Below the pieces are notes generated by a model, which saw only the letters and a program-made list of their open reading frames with translations, was not told where the DNA came from and searched no databases. The position numbers and the translations under genes were made by a program. Below, piece after piece: positions 10,627 to 19,538 of a DNA stretch of 64,000 nt. Origin of the DNA: Flavobacteriaceae bacterium (GTDB lineage: Bacteria; Bacteroidota; Bacteroidia; Flavobacteriales; Flavobacteriaceae); the NCBI GenBank assembly GCA_049615925.1, contig JBMZGM010000005.1, positions 5,183 to 69,182 on the forward strand, read 5' to 3'. The stretch's first letter is position 1; every line of letters begins with the position of its first letter.

Positions 10627-11637
10627 ATGTATAAAGAATTTACCACCCAACTAAAATCCCTGCTTGCCACTCCACAACACTGTGTTATTTTCCCCCATAA
10701 AAACCCCGATGGGGATGCCTTGGGAAGCACACTTGCACTCCAGCATTTTCTCGAAAAAAAAGGTCATGATTGTGTCATTATCTCTCCTAACGAATACCCA
10801 AAGTTTCTCGCCTGGCTCCCCGGGCAAGAGAGGATTCGCTGTTTTAACAAAGAAGAAGAAAGCTGCTTAGCACTCATCAAACAAGCTGATGTTTTTTTTA
10901 CCCTAGACTTTAATGCCCTGGGGAGAATTGCTCCACTGGACAAAGCCATTGAAAATACCACTCGTCCCATTGTGATGATAGATCATCATGAAGCGCCACA
11001 AGATTATGCTCATATTCGCTATTCCGACCCTAGCATAGGATCTACCTGTGAAATGGTTTTTAATGTATTGAGCACATGGGACAAAAGCGCCCTGGATAAA
11101 ACCATTGGGAGTTGTATTTACACTGGAATGATGACAGATAGTGGTTCGTTCCGTTTTTCTTCAACTACTGCGACTACACATTCTATCGTGGCACAACTGT
11201 TAGAACTAGGTGTTGAACACAGCTTAATTCATCAAAATATTTATGATAGTTACCGCTTTGAGCGTTTACAACTCCTAGGGATTACCTTAAAAAATTTAGT
11301 GCGCATTGACTCCTTGCCCGCTGTTTACACTAGTTTGAGTCAAGAAGAACTCAATTCCTGTGATTTTCAAAAAGGAGACAGTGAAGGCTTTGTCAATTAT
11401 GGCCTTAGTCTAGAAGGGGTGAAATTGGCCGTAATCATGATTGAAAATAAACAAGAAGGCATCATCAAAATGTCCTTTCGATCAAAAGGCAATTTTGATG
11501 TCAATCAATTCGCTAGAACCTATTTTAATGGTGGAGGGCATATTAATGCTGCTGGGGGAATGTCCACCTCCTCGCTTGATGCAACGCGCCATGCCCTAGA
11601 AAAAGCCATCCTTGAAAACACCGCTTTACTCCAATGA
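10627..11637 (+). CDS. nrnA: DHH family phosphoesterase (NrnA-like oligoribonuclease/pAp phosphatase)
   Basis: 336-aa ORF with DHH motifs (HKNPDGDALGS, MIDHH) and a DHHA1 C-terminus (GGGHINAAG). Confidence 0.85.
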   Translation: MYKEFTTQLKSLLATPQHCVIFPHKNPDGDALGSTLALQHFLEKKGHDCVIISPNEYPKFLAWLPGQERIRCFNKEEESCLALIKQADVFFTLDFNALGRIAPLDKAIENTTRPIVMIDHHEAPQDYAHIRYSDPSIGSTCEMVFNVLSTWDKSALDKTIGSCIYTGMMTDSGSFRFSSTTATTHSIVAQLLELGVEHSLIHQNIYDSYRFERLQLLGITLKNLVRIDSLPAVYTSLSQEELNSCDFQKGDSEGFVNYGLSLEGVKLAVIMIENKQEGIIKMSFRSKGNFDVNQFARTYFNGGGHINAAGGMSTSSLDATRHALEKAILENTALLQ

Positions 11638-12185
11638 AAAAATGCTTCCTCATCATTAGTCTGCTCTTCGTGATCTCGTGTCAAGAACAAGAAGCGAGAA
11701 AACCCTTATACCAAAGCGGTAACAGTGGCATGATTCAATCCATTGAACGCAATAAAAAAATCAATGCCCAGCAACAGGCTTTATTTCAACAAATCATAAA
11801 GAAAGATAGTCTTTTGAGTTTTATTTCTTCTCCAGCAGGTTACTGGTATGCTTATACGACTAAATCAAATCAAAGCATCCAGCCACAACGAGGAGATCAA
11901 GTTAAATTCAATTATTCCATTCAATCACTTGAAGGGACTCCCCTTTACAATACAGAAGAACTAGGCACTGTTGATTATCTGGTTGACAAAGAAGAATTGC
12001 TACCCGCTTTACGCTATGCCGTTAAAGATTTAAGCGTGGGAGACATCGGGGTATTTTTGGTGCCATCTTTCCTTGGTTATGGCTATCAGGGTGACGGAGA
12101 AAAAATCGGGATCAATCAACCCCTTCGATTCACCGTTGAACTTATCAACTTAAAACAAAACACGAATCCAAAGGATTCAAAATAA
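11634..12185 (+). CDS. gldI: FKBP-type peptidyl-prolyl isomerase lipoprotein, GldI-like
   Basis: 183-aa ORF overlapping the nrnA stop (ATGA). It has a lipobox (LLFVISC) and an FKBP C-terminal domain (..GDIGVFLVPSFLGYGYQG..). Size, architecture and context match the flavobacterial GldI family as I remember it. Confidence 0.6.
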   Translation: MKKCFLIISLLFVISCQEQEARKPLYQSGNSGMIQSIERNKKINAQQQALFQQIIKKDSLLSFISSPAGYWYAYTTKSNQSIQPQRGDQVKFNYSIQSLEGTPLYNTEELGTVDYLVDKEELLPALRYAVKDLSVGDIGVFLVPSFLGYGYQGDGEKIGINQPLRFTVELINLKQNTNPKDSK

Positions 12186-12220
12186 TACACTACTTTTAAC
12201 ACCAAACTAAACTCTATTCA

Positions 12221-13297
12221 ATGAAAAAACTAAGCCTCTTATTGATTACACTTACCATCCTTGTAGGATGTGCATCACAATACCCAGATCTTGAAAATGG
12301 TTTATATGCTGATATAGCAACCAATAAAGGATCAATCGTAGTTGCTTTAGCCCATGACAAAACGCCGATAACGGTAGCTAATTTTGTTTCCCTTGCAGAG
12401 GGAGAAAATGAATTTGTAAGTGATGAATTCAAAGGAAAAAAATATTACGAAGGCATTGTCTTTCACCGGGTGATTCCAGACTTTATGATTCAAGGGGGGG
12501 ACCCCACTGCTTCTGGTTCTGGTGGACCGGGATATCGCTTTGAAGATGAAATTACCGATTTGACGCACAGTGGTCCAGGGATCCTTTCCATGGCAAATGC
12601 AGGGCCTGCAACAAATGGAAGTCAATTTTTCATCACCCACAAAGCCACTCCATGGCTTGATGGAAAACACACTGTCTTTGGCGCGGTTGTTTCTGGGCAA
12701 GAAGTCGTCGATTCGATTGCTCAAATGGATACCATCCAAAAAGTAACCATCATTCGTAAAGGAAGCGAAGCTAAACGCTTTGATGCACCAAAAATATTTG
12801 CCGATTACTTTAACGGGATGGAACAACGCAAGGCAGAGCAAGAAGAAAAAGTTGCACTGGGTAAATTAAAAACGTTAGAGAAATTTGATATCCAAAAAGC
12901 TAAAGCAAAATCAACTGCTTCTGGCCTACAATACCTCATCACAAAAAAAGGTGAAGGTGCAGCGGTTACTTCAACCTACAAAGCAATGACACATTATGCT
13001 GTTTACTTTGAAGATGGCACGCTATTAGAAACCTCAATGCTTGAAACAGCAGAAGAATTGGGTGTTGTCAATGAACAGCGAAAATTAGCCAATGCGTATC
13101 AACCTTTGCCTGCTGATGTTAGCGACGGCGCTGCTATGATTGAAGGATTTAAAGAAGGACTTCGCTTATTAAATGTAGGAGATGAAGCTACCCTCTTCCT
13201 CCCTTATACTATGGCCTATGGCGAAGATGGAGGACGTGGAATTCCTCCAAAGGCTAACCTGATATTTGAAATCAAAATTGTAGAATTATTCGAGTAA
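12221..13297 (+). CDS. dual-domain peptidyl-prolyl isomerase lipoprotein (cyclophilin N-domain + FKBP C-domain)
   Basis: Lipobox (LVGCAS), cyclophilin signature (FHRVIPDFMIQGGDP, SMANAGPATNGSQFFI), then an FKBP-like domain (SGLQYLITKKGEG.., LFLPYTMAYGEDG). Confidence 0.85.
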   Translation: MKKLSLLLITLTILVGCASQYPDLENGLYADIATNKGSIVVALAHDKTPITVANFVSLAEGENEFVSDEFKGKKYYEGIVFHRVIPDFMIQGGDPTASGSGGPGYRFEDEITDLTHSGPGILSMANAGPATNGSQFFITHKATPWLDGKHTVFGAVVSGQEVVDSIAQMDTIQKVTIIRKGSEAKRFDAPKIFADYFNGMEQRKAEQEEKVALGKLKTLEKFDIQKAKAKSTASGLQYLITKKGEGAAVTSTYKAMTHYAVYFEDGTLLETSMLETAEELGVVNEQRKLANAYQPLPADVSDGAAMIEGFKEGLRLLNVGDEATLFLPYTMAYGEDGGRGIPPKANLIFEIKIVELFE

Positions 13298-13317
13298 TCG
13301 AAACAATACAACTCAAG

Positions 13318-13340
13318 CCCACCCTCGCGGTGGGTTTTTT
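13318..13340 (+). terminator. rho-independent terminator
   Basis: CCCACC-ctcgc-GGTGGG stem-loop followed by T6, 20 nt after the PPIase stop. Confidence 0.7.
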
Positions 13341-13345
13341 GTACC

Positions 13346-14398
13346 ATGAAAACCTCTAGTCGTAGTTGGATCAATAGCCTTTTGATTGCGCTATTATATG
13401 GAGTGAATTGGGGAGCAAGAAATCACCCTCATTTCATCGACTCTTTTTACAGCAACAAAATTTACCCCTCCCTCTATCACGCTCGGGTTTTTTTCTTCGA
13501 GCTATTTCCATTTTCTCTAGGAGACCTTTTCTACCTGCTGGGAGCTATCGTTATTGTTAAAAACCTTTTAGGCTGGAAAAGGATCCAACGAAAAAACATG
13601 GGCAACATCATCCTTGTACCACTGTTACTATTCTTGTGGTTTCAACTTTCTTGGGGATTAAATTATTATAAGACACCCCTTAATCTAAAGGAGGTTAAAA
13701 CGATGGATTACAGCGAAGAAGACTTAATCAATACAACAGCTCTCTTTGCAAGAGAAAGCAATCGTCTTCATTTCATATTGAGTCAAAATGATAGCCTTGC
13801 TGTTGTCTTGAATGGAACCAAAAAAAGTTTACTTAAACGAATAGAAGAAAGTCCTTCTACCACTCCCATCAAGGGGAAAATTAAGTCCTCGCTTTATTCA
13901 AAAGTATTATCATATATGGGGTTTTCGGGTTATTTAAATCCCTTTACGCTAGAGGCACATGTCAATATAGCCATTCCAAAGATTAATCTTCCATTGACCG
14001 CTGCTCATGAAATGGCACATCAACAAGGCTATGCTGCAGAAAACGAAGCAAATTATATCGGATTCTTACGTTGCTATCAGCATCCAGACCAGGACATTCA
14101 ATATGCCGCACTACTGTTTGGCTTGCGATATACGCTCAATGAACTCTACCGTGTCAATCCCGAAAAAGCCCGCGCGATTCATTGCTCTCTTTATCCAGGG
14201 ATACTGGAAAATATAGCCGAAACAAACCGCTTTTGGCTTGCGCATAAAAACCCTTTGGAACCCTTTTTAAAACGTTCCTATGACTCCTATCTAAAAGCAA
14301 ATAATCAACCCCAAGGGATACAATCCTATAATGCGGTGGTTAGTCTTTTAATTGCGCACTTTAAAGTCATTGATAATTCTGCTTCATTTAAGAATTAA
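13346..14398 (+). CDS. DUF3810 domain membrane protein (putative Zn-metalloprotease, HEMAH motif)
   Basis: 350-aa ORF with N-terminal TM helices and a HExxH motif (AAHEMAHQQGY). Size and layout are typical of DUF3810. Confidence 0.7.
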   Translation: MKTSSRSWINSLLIALLYGVNWGARNHPHFIDSFYSNKIYPSLYHARVFFFELFPFSLGDLFYLLGAIVIVKNLLGWKRIQRKNMGNIILVPLLLFLWFQLSWGLNYYKTPLNLKEVKTMDYSEEDLINTTALFARESNRLHFILSQNDSLAVVLNGTKKSLLKRIEESPSTTPIKGKIKSSLYSKVLSYMGFSGYLNPFTLEAHVNIAIPKINLPLTAAHEMAHQQGYAAENEANYIGFLRCYQHPDQDIQYAALLFGLRYTLNELYRVNPEKARAIHCSLYPGILENIAETNRFWLAHKNPLEPFLKRSYDSYLKANNQPQGIQSYNAVVSLLIAHFKVIDNSASFKN

Positions 14399-14425
14399 TT
14401 CGTAGTTTGGATAAAAATTATTCAA

Positions 14426-17407
14426 ATGAAACTACGATTACTGCTGCTCTTTTTAGCGGCAAGTTTAAGTGGATTTAGTCAAGACTATTTCCCCACAAAC
14501 AGTGGTGTCAAGACCACTGCTACACATTATCAAGCGATTACAAATGCAACCATTCATCCCTCCCCTCAATCAACCATTGAAAAGGGAACGCTTTTGTTTA
14601 AGGATGGAAAAATCATTGCGGTTGGCACCTCAATTTCACTTCCAAAAAATACTCAAGTGCACGACTTCAATGGAAAGCATCTCTATGCTTCTTTCATTGA
14701 TTTACACACCACCTTTGGTCTTCCCTCAAAGGCAGGAAATTCAAGAAGAGGTCGCAGTACACAATACGAATCTAGTAGAGCAGGTTATTATTGGAACGAT
14801 CACATGATAAGTGATTACAACAGTATCGAAGACTACAGTTATAAAAAAGAGGCTGCAGCAAACTATCGCAAAGCAGGATTTGGGATAGTCAATGCGCATC
14901 GTCCAGAAGGAATTCACCGCGGGACAAGCGTATTAGTTGCTTTAAATGACAATGAAAATGAGGCAAAACGACTTTTAGACGACACCGCAGCTCAACATTA
15001 CTCTTTCACTAAAAGTAAATTATCTGGTCAATATTATCCTGGCTCTATCATGGGAGCTATGGCATTATTAAGACAATTTTTTATAGATGCCGCTTGGTAC
15101 AAAAAAGGAGGCGCTACAACCACTGATCTTGCCCTTGAAGCACATAATAGAAATGCAACTTTACCTGCGATCTTTGAAGCGAGAAACAAGTTAGATGTCG
15201 CCCGTGCGGCAAAAATTGGTCAAGAATTAAAGCTTCCTTTCATCATTACTGCTAGTGGAAAAGAATACGAGCATTTAACGGCTTTGAAAGCTGCAAATGC
15301 CACCCTTTTACTCCCGCTAAATTTCCCAAAGGCCTATGATGTAAGTGATCCTGTAAGTACGCAAAAAATTGCTTTAAGCGACATGAGATACTGGAATCAA
15401 GCACCTGCAAATCCTGCACGTGTTGAAGAAGCTGGAATTCCTTTTGCTCTCACCTTGCATGGCTTATCAAAAAAGAGTCAATTCATCCCCAACCTAAAAA
15501 AGGCCGTGGCCTATGGACTTGAAGAATCAAAGGCACTTGCAGCTTTAACGACCATTCCTGCAAAACTCTTGAGAAAAGAACATCTTTTGGGGACCTTAAA
15601 AAAGGGAGCCATCGCTAACTTTATCGTGACGGATGGTCCTCTCTTTTCTACCACCAGTAAAATTGAAGAAAACTGGGTGCAAGGAAACCGTCACATCATC
15701 ATTTCAAAAGAAGACATCAATATCGATGGGAAATATAGTTTGATGCTTCAAAAAGAAAAATTATCCCTAGAAATTAAAAACAGTACAGCTAAGATAGCTG
15801 CAACGGTAAAGAAAGATTCCACAAAATTAAAGGTAAAAGCCAGCTACAACAATGGATGGTTAAGTCTTCAAATTCAAGATGAAGACAATGCCTTTGCGCA
15901 ACTTTCTGGAAAGATTGCCAATGGAACTCATCTCGAAGGAAGTGGAACTGCTTTTGATGGAGAATCCACCACCTGGATGGCACATTTTGAAGAAAAGGCC
16001 ACAGAAAAAAAGAAGAAAGAAAAGAAAGAAAAAGTATATCCCAAACCTGTTGCGGTTACTTTTCCAAATAATGGATTTGGATTCACACAATTGCCAAAAG
16101 CCCAGAATGTGCTCTTTAAAAATGCAACCGTTTGGACGAATGAAGCTGAAGGTATTGTTACAAACACCGATGTATGGGTAGAAAACGGTAGAATAAAAGC
16201 GATCGGTCAAAACCTAAGTGCACCTGGGGCAAAAGAAATCGACGCAACTGGAAAACACTTAACCAGTGGTGTAATAGATGAACACTCCCATATTGGTGCC
16301 TCAAGCATTAATGAAGGGGGACATAATTCATCGGCAGAGGTGACAATAGAAGATGTCATTAACCCAGATGATATTAACCTTTACCGCAATCTTTCTGGAG
16401 GGGTTACTACCCTTCAAATCTTGCATGGTTCTGCCAACCCAATTGGTGGAAGATCGGCCATTATCAAACCACGCTGGGGAGAAAGCGCTGATAATCTACT
16501 TTATAAAGGGGCAGATCCTTTTATCAAATTTGCTTTAGGTGAAAATGTAAAACAATCCAACTGGCCCAGCTATAACCGTTTTCCACAAACAAGAATGGGA
16601 GTTGAACAGGTCTTTGTGGACTATTTTCAGCGTGCAAAAGAGTACCAAAAAGAATGGGCAAAATACAATGCTCTACCGCGAAAAACCAAAGCAAGAACCC
16701 TCGCCCCTCGCTATGATATTGAGATGGAAACTTTGGTTGAAATTCTTGAAGGTAAACGATTTATCTCGTGTCACTCCTATGTGCAAAGTGAAATTAATAT
16801 GTTGATGAAAGTCGCAGAACGGTTTGGTGTAACCATTAATACTTTTACTCATATTCTTGAAGGCTATAAAGTAGCCGATAAAATGAAAGAACACGGCGTG
16901 GGTGGCTCTACCTTTTCAGATTGGTGGGCCTATAAATTCGAAGTCAACGATGCCATCCCATATAACGGTGCCATCATGCATAATCAAGGGGTCACCGTTG
17001 CCTTTAATTCTGACGACTCTGAAATGTCGCGACGCTTAAATCAAGAAGCGGCTAAGGCTGTTAAATATGGAGGTGTATCTGAAGAAGATGCTTGGAAATT
17101 TGTCACCCTTAACCCTGCAAAACTTCTTCATATTGATGATGAAGTGGGAAGTATTAAAGTGGGGAAATCTGCTGACCTAGTGTTGTGGAACAATCACCCC
17201 ATGTCCATTTATGCCGTGGCAGAGAAGACCATGATTGAAGGAATTTTTTATTATGAACTCGATCGAGCGACAGCACAAGTTAATACCATTCAAAAAGAGC
17301 GCAATCAACTAATTCAACAAATGGCAGCGGCTAAAAATGGTGGAGCACCCACCAGAAAAGCTCCTAAGAAACAAGCCAGAGAATTTCACTGTGAAACGCT
17401 AGACTAA
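14426..17407 (+). CDS. secreted amidohydrolase family protein (two tandem amidohydrolase-like modules)
   Basis: 993-aa ORF with a signal peptide. The C-terminal module has the HxH metal motif (GVIDEHSHIG) and later His/Asp positions (FTHILEGY, AFNSDD). The N-terminal module is degenerate (FIDLHTTFG). A Lys/Glu linker (EKKKKEKKEK) separates them. Confidence 0.85.
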   Translation: MKLRLLLLFLAASLSGFSQDYFPTNSGVKTTATHYQAITNATIHPSPQSTIEKGTLLFKDGKIIAVGTSISLPKNTQVHDFNGKHLYASFIDLHTTFGLPSKAGNSRRGRSTQYESSRAGYYWNDHMISDYNSIEDYSYKKEAAANYRKAGFGIVNAHRPEGIHRGTSVLVALNDNENEAKRLLDDTAAQHYSFTKSKLSGQYYPGSIMGAMALLRQFFIDAAWYKKGGATTTDLALEAHNRNATLPAIFEARNKLDVARAAKIGQELKLPFIITASGKEYEHLTALKAANATLLLPLNFPKAYDVSDPVSTQKIALSDMRYWNQAPANPARVEEAGIPFALTLHGLSKKSQFIPNLKKAVAYGLEESKALAALTTIPAKLLRKEHLLGTLKKGAIANFIVTDGPLFSTTSKIEENWVQGNRHIIISKEDINIDGKYSLMLQKEKLSLEIKNSTAKIAATVKKDSTKLKVKASYNNGWLSLQIQDEDNAFAQLSGKIANGTHLEGSGTAFDGESTTWMAHFEEKATEKKKKEKKEKVYPKPVAVTFPNNGFGFTQLPKAQNVLFKNATVWTNEAEGIVTNTDVWVENGRIKAIGQNLSAPGAKEIDATGKHLTSGVIDEHSHIGASSINEGGHNSSAEVTIEDVINPDDINLYRNLSGGVTTLQILHGSANPIGGRSAIIKPRWGESADNLLYKGADPFIKFALGENVKQSNWPSYNRFPQTRMGVEQVFVDYFQRAKEYQKEWAKYNALPRKTKARTLAPRYDIEMETLVEILEGKRFISCHSYVQSEINMLMKVAERFGVTINTFTHILEGYKVADKMKEHGVGGSTFSDWWAYKFEVNDAIPYNGAIMHNQGVTVAFNSDDSEMSRRLNQEAAKAVKYGGVSEEDAWKFVTLNPAKLLHIDDEVGSIKVGKSADLVLWNNHPMSIYAVAEKTMIEGIFYYELDRATAQVNTIQKERNQLIQQMAAAKNGGAPTRKAPKKQAREFHCETLD

Positions 17408-17418
17408 AATTATTTAAG

Positions 17419-18711
17419 ATGAAAAAAACACTCTATACCTTATTTTTCTTGTGCATTGGACTTGTGGTCTATGCGCAACAAACTCCTGCAGCAAATCAAG
17501 CAGAGTCTATTTTAATTCAAGGGGCTACGCTTCATATAGGAGACGGAACTGTGATTGAAAACGGGATGATTGGTATCGCCCAGGGGAAAATCCTAGAAGT
17601 AGGAGCAACTGGTTCAAACAAGAATACCTATGCCGCGACAGTGGATGCTAGCGGTCAACATGTTTACCCAGGATTTATCGCAGCAAATAGCACAGTGGGA
17701 ATGGTTGAAATTGACGCTATTCGTCCAACGAATGACCTAAATGAAATAGGAACTTTTCTTCCAAATATTCGCACAATCATCGCCTATAATGCAGAGTCTA
17801 AAGTGGTGGAATCCCTGCGACCTAATGGAATCCTCACCGCCCAAATTGTTCCCACTCGAGGGCGCATCGCAGGAAGTTCTTCTATTGTTCAACTCGATGC
17901 ATGGAACTGGGAAGATGCTGGAATAAAGGTCGATGAAGGCATGCACATTTATTGGCCCAGAACCTATAGAAGAGGTAACCGTGCCAAAGGGGAAGACCCT
18001 TTGGTCTATGACCAAAAAAACTACAGTAAAAGAACTGCAGAAATAGACCAATACCTCGCAGAAGCAAAAACCTATGATGCCACTGCAAAGCATAAACACC
18101 TTCCCCATGCTGCACTTGAGGCAACATTTAATGGTACCCAAAGCGTTTATCTTCACGCAAAAGAAAAAAGACAAATTCTTGATGGAATTTTATTGTTAAA
18201 GAAACACGGGATAAAAAACATTGTCCTTGTGGGTGGTAATGATGCCTATATGATCACCCCTTTCCTTAAAAAACACAATATCCCTGTGATTGTTTCACGA
18301 CCACACCGTTTGCCTGATACAGAAGATCAAGATGTGAAACTTCCGTTTAAAATGGCCAAAATATTAATGGATGCTGGGCTTACCATCACCATAGACGTGA
18401 GTGGTCGAATGGAACGAATGAATACCCGTAATCTTCCCTTCTATGCTGGGACATTTGCAGCCTATGGTGTAGAAAAGGAAAAAGCAGTAGAAATGATTAC
18501 CTTGAACGCAGCAAAAATTTTAGGTATTGATGATCAATTAGGCAGTCTCACTGTTGGGAAAGATGCTACCCTTTTTGTAGCAAAAGGTGATGCACTTGAC
18601 ATGCGAACAAATCAATTGAGTCATGCATTTATTCAAGGTCGAGAGCTCAGTCTTGAAACGCATCAAACAACACTTTGGAAACGTTACACTGAAAAATTCT
18701 CTCGTCAATAA
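17419..18711 (+). CDS. secreted amidohydrolase family protein (HxH motif absent)
   Basis: 430-aa ORF with a signal peptide and an amidohydrolase-like N-terminal beta-sandwich (ILIQGATLHIGDG..). The HxH position reads PGFIAANSTVG. Confidence 0.8.
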   Translation: MKKTLYTLFFLCIGLVVYAQQTPAANQAESILIQGATLHIGDGTVIENGMIGIAQGKILEVGATGSNKNTYAATVDASGQHVYPGFIAANSTVGMVEIDAIRPTNDLNEIGTFLPNIRTIIAYNAESKVVESLRPNGILTAQIVPTRGRIAGSSSIVQLDAWNWEDAGIKVDEGMHIYWPRTYRRGNRAKGEDPLVYDQKNYSKRTAEIDQYLAEAKTYDATAKHKHLPHAALEATFNGTQSVYLHAKEKRQILDGILLLKKHGIKNIVLVGGNDAYMITPFLKKHNIPVIVSRPHRLPDTEDQDVKLPFKMAKILMDAGLTITIDVSGRMERMNTRNLPFYAGTFAAYGVEKEKAVEMITLNAAKILGIDDQLGSLTVGKDATLFVAKGDALDMRTNQLSHAFIQGRELSLETHQTTLWKRYTEKFSRQ

Positions 18712-19494
18712 ATGCTCCATCTTTCAAGTACTCAAAACAAGCAGCTCAAACGGCTTAAAAGCTTACAAGACAAAGCAAAAAAAAGAAAGCTAGAGAACGC
18801 TTTTGTGATTGAGGGACAAAAAGAAATAACACATGCAATAAAAGGGGGCTACCAGATGGAAGCCCTCTTTTTTAAGGAAGGTTGTGAATTTGAGTTTGCA
18901 GAAACAATCAAAAATCAACCTGGTTTATATTCGGTAACTCCCACCCTAATTGAACGTTTTTGTTACCGTAAAACTTCTACAGTCATTGCCATTGCGCAAT
19001 GTAAAACTCATGGCTTTGATCAACTACTCCAAAAAAAGGACTCCCCTTTTATTTTAGTTGCTGAATCTCCAGAAAAACCAGGGAACATCGGCGCCTTATT
19101 ACGTACAGCAGATGCAATGGGTGTGGATTTTTGTGTATTAATCGATCCAAAAACAGACCTGTATAACCCTAATGTCATTCGCTCAAGTGTGGGTTGCCTC
19201 TTTTCGGTTCCTGTAGTAACAAGCTCCTTAAAACAAGCCTTCGACTATTTTGAGCAACACAAAATTACCGTGTACAGTGCAGCGCTGACAAAACATGCTC
19301 AAACCTATACGCAGTTCGACTATACACAACCCACTGCAATAGCTGTGGGTACAGAAGATAAGGGATTAACTCCCGCTTTTTTAGATCAAAAAAACACTCC
19401 CATCATCATTCCCATGCGAGGGCAAAATGATTCCCTCAATGTTTCGGTTGCGGCTGGCATTATCCTTGCTGAAGTTCAACGACAAAGAAACTGA
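18712..19494 (+). CDS. TrmH/SpoU family RNA 2'-O-methyltransferase
   Basis: 260-aa ORF with SpoU motifs (PGNIGALLRTADAMG, LNVSVAAGIIL). The start directly abuts the upstream stop (TAAATG). Confidence 0.85.
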   Translation: MLHLSSTQNKQLKRLKSLQDKAKKRKLENAFVIEGQKEITHAIKGGYQMEALFFKEGCEFEFAETIKNQPGLYSVTPTLIERFCYRKTSTVIAIAQCKTHGFDQLLQKKDSPFILVAESPEKPGNIGALLRTADAMGVDFCVLIDPKTDLYNPNVIRSSVGCLFSVPVVTSSLKQAFDYFEQHKITVYSAALTKHAQTYTQFDYTQPTAIAVGTEDKGLTPAFLDQKNTPIIIPMRGQNDSLNVSVAAGIILAEVQRQRN

Positions 19495-19538
19495 GGAAAA
19501 AAAAAGTTGCTTTCAAAAGAAATCCGTAAATTTCTGCT

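Noticed and set aside
12347-12841. Long antisense or alternative-frame ORFs inside well-recognised genes (also 6040-6450, 17737-18174, 25813-26262, 46832-47209, 49693-50034, 53338-53667)
   Set aside because: Each lies entirely within a confidently identified gene on the other strand or frame. They have no recognisable motifs and an odd composition. They are typical shadow ORFs.
16004-16034. 31-nt pure purine tract (GAAAAAAAGAAGAAAGAAAAGAAAGAAAAAG), with several overlapping ORFs in the track around 15860-16210
   Set aside because: It simply encodes the Lys/Glu-rich linker (KKKKEKKEK) between the two modules of the 993-aa amidohydrolase. The overlapping ORFs are byproducts of low-complexity sequence. 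It is not a microsatellite array or a CRISPR-like repeat.
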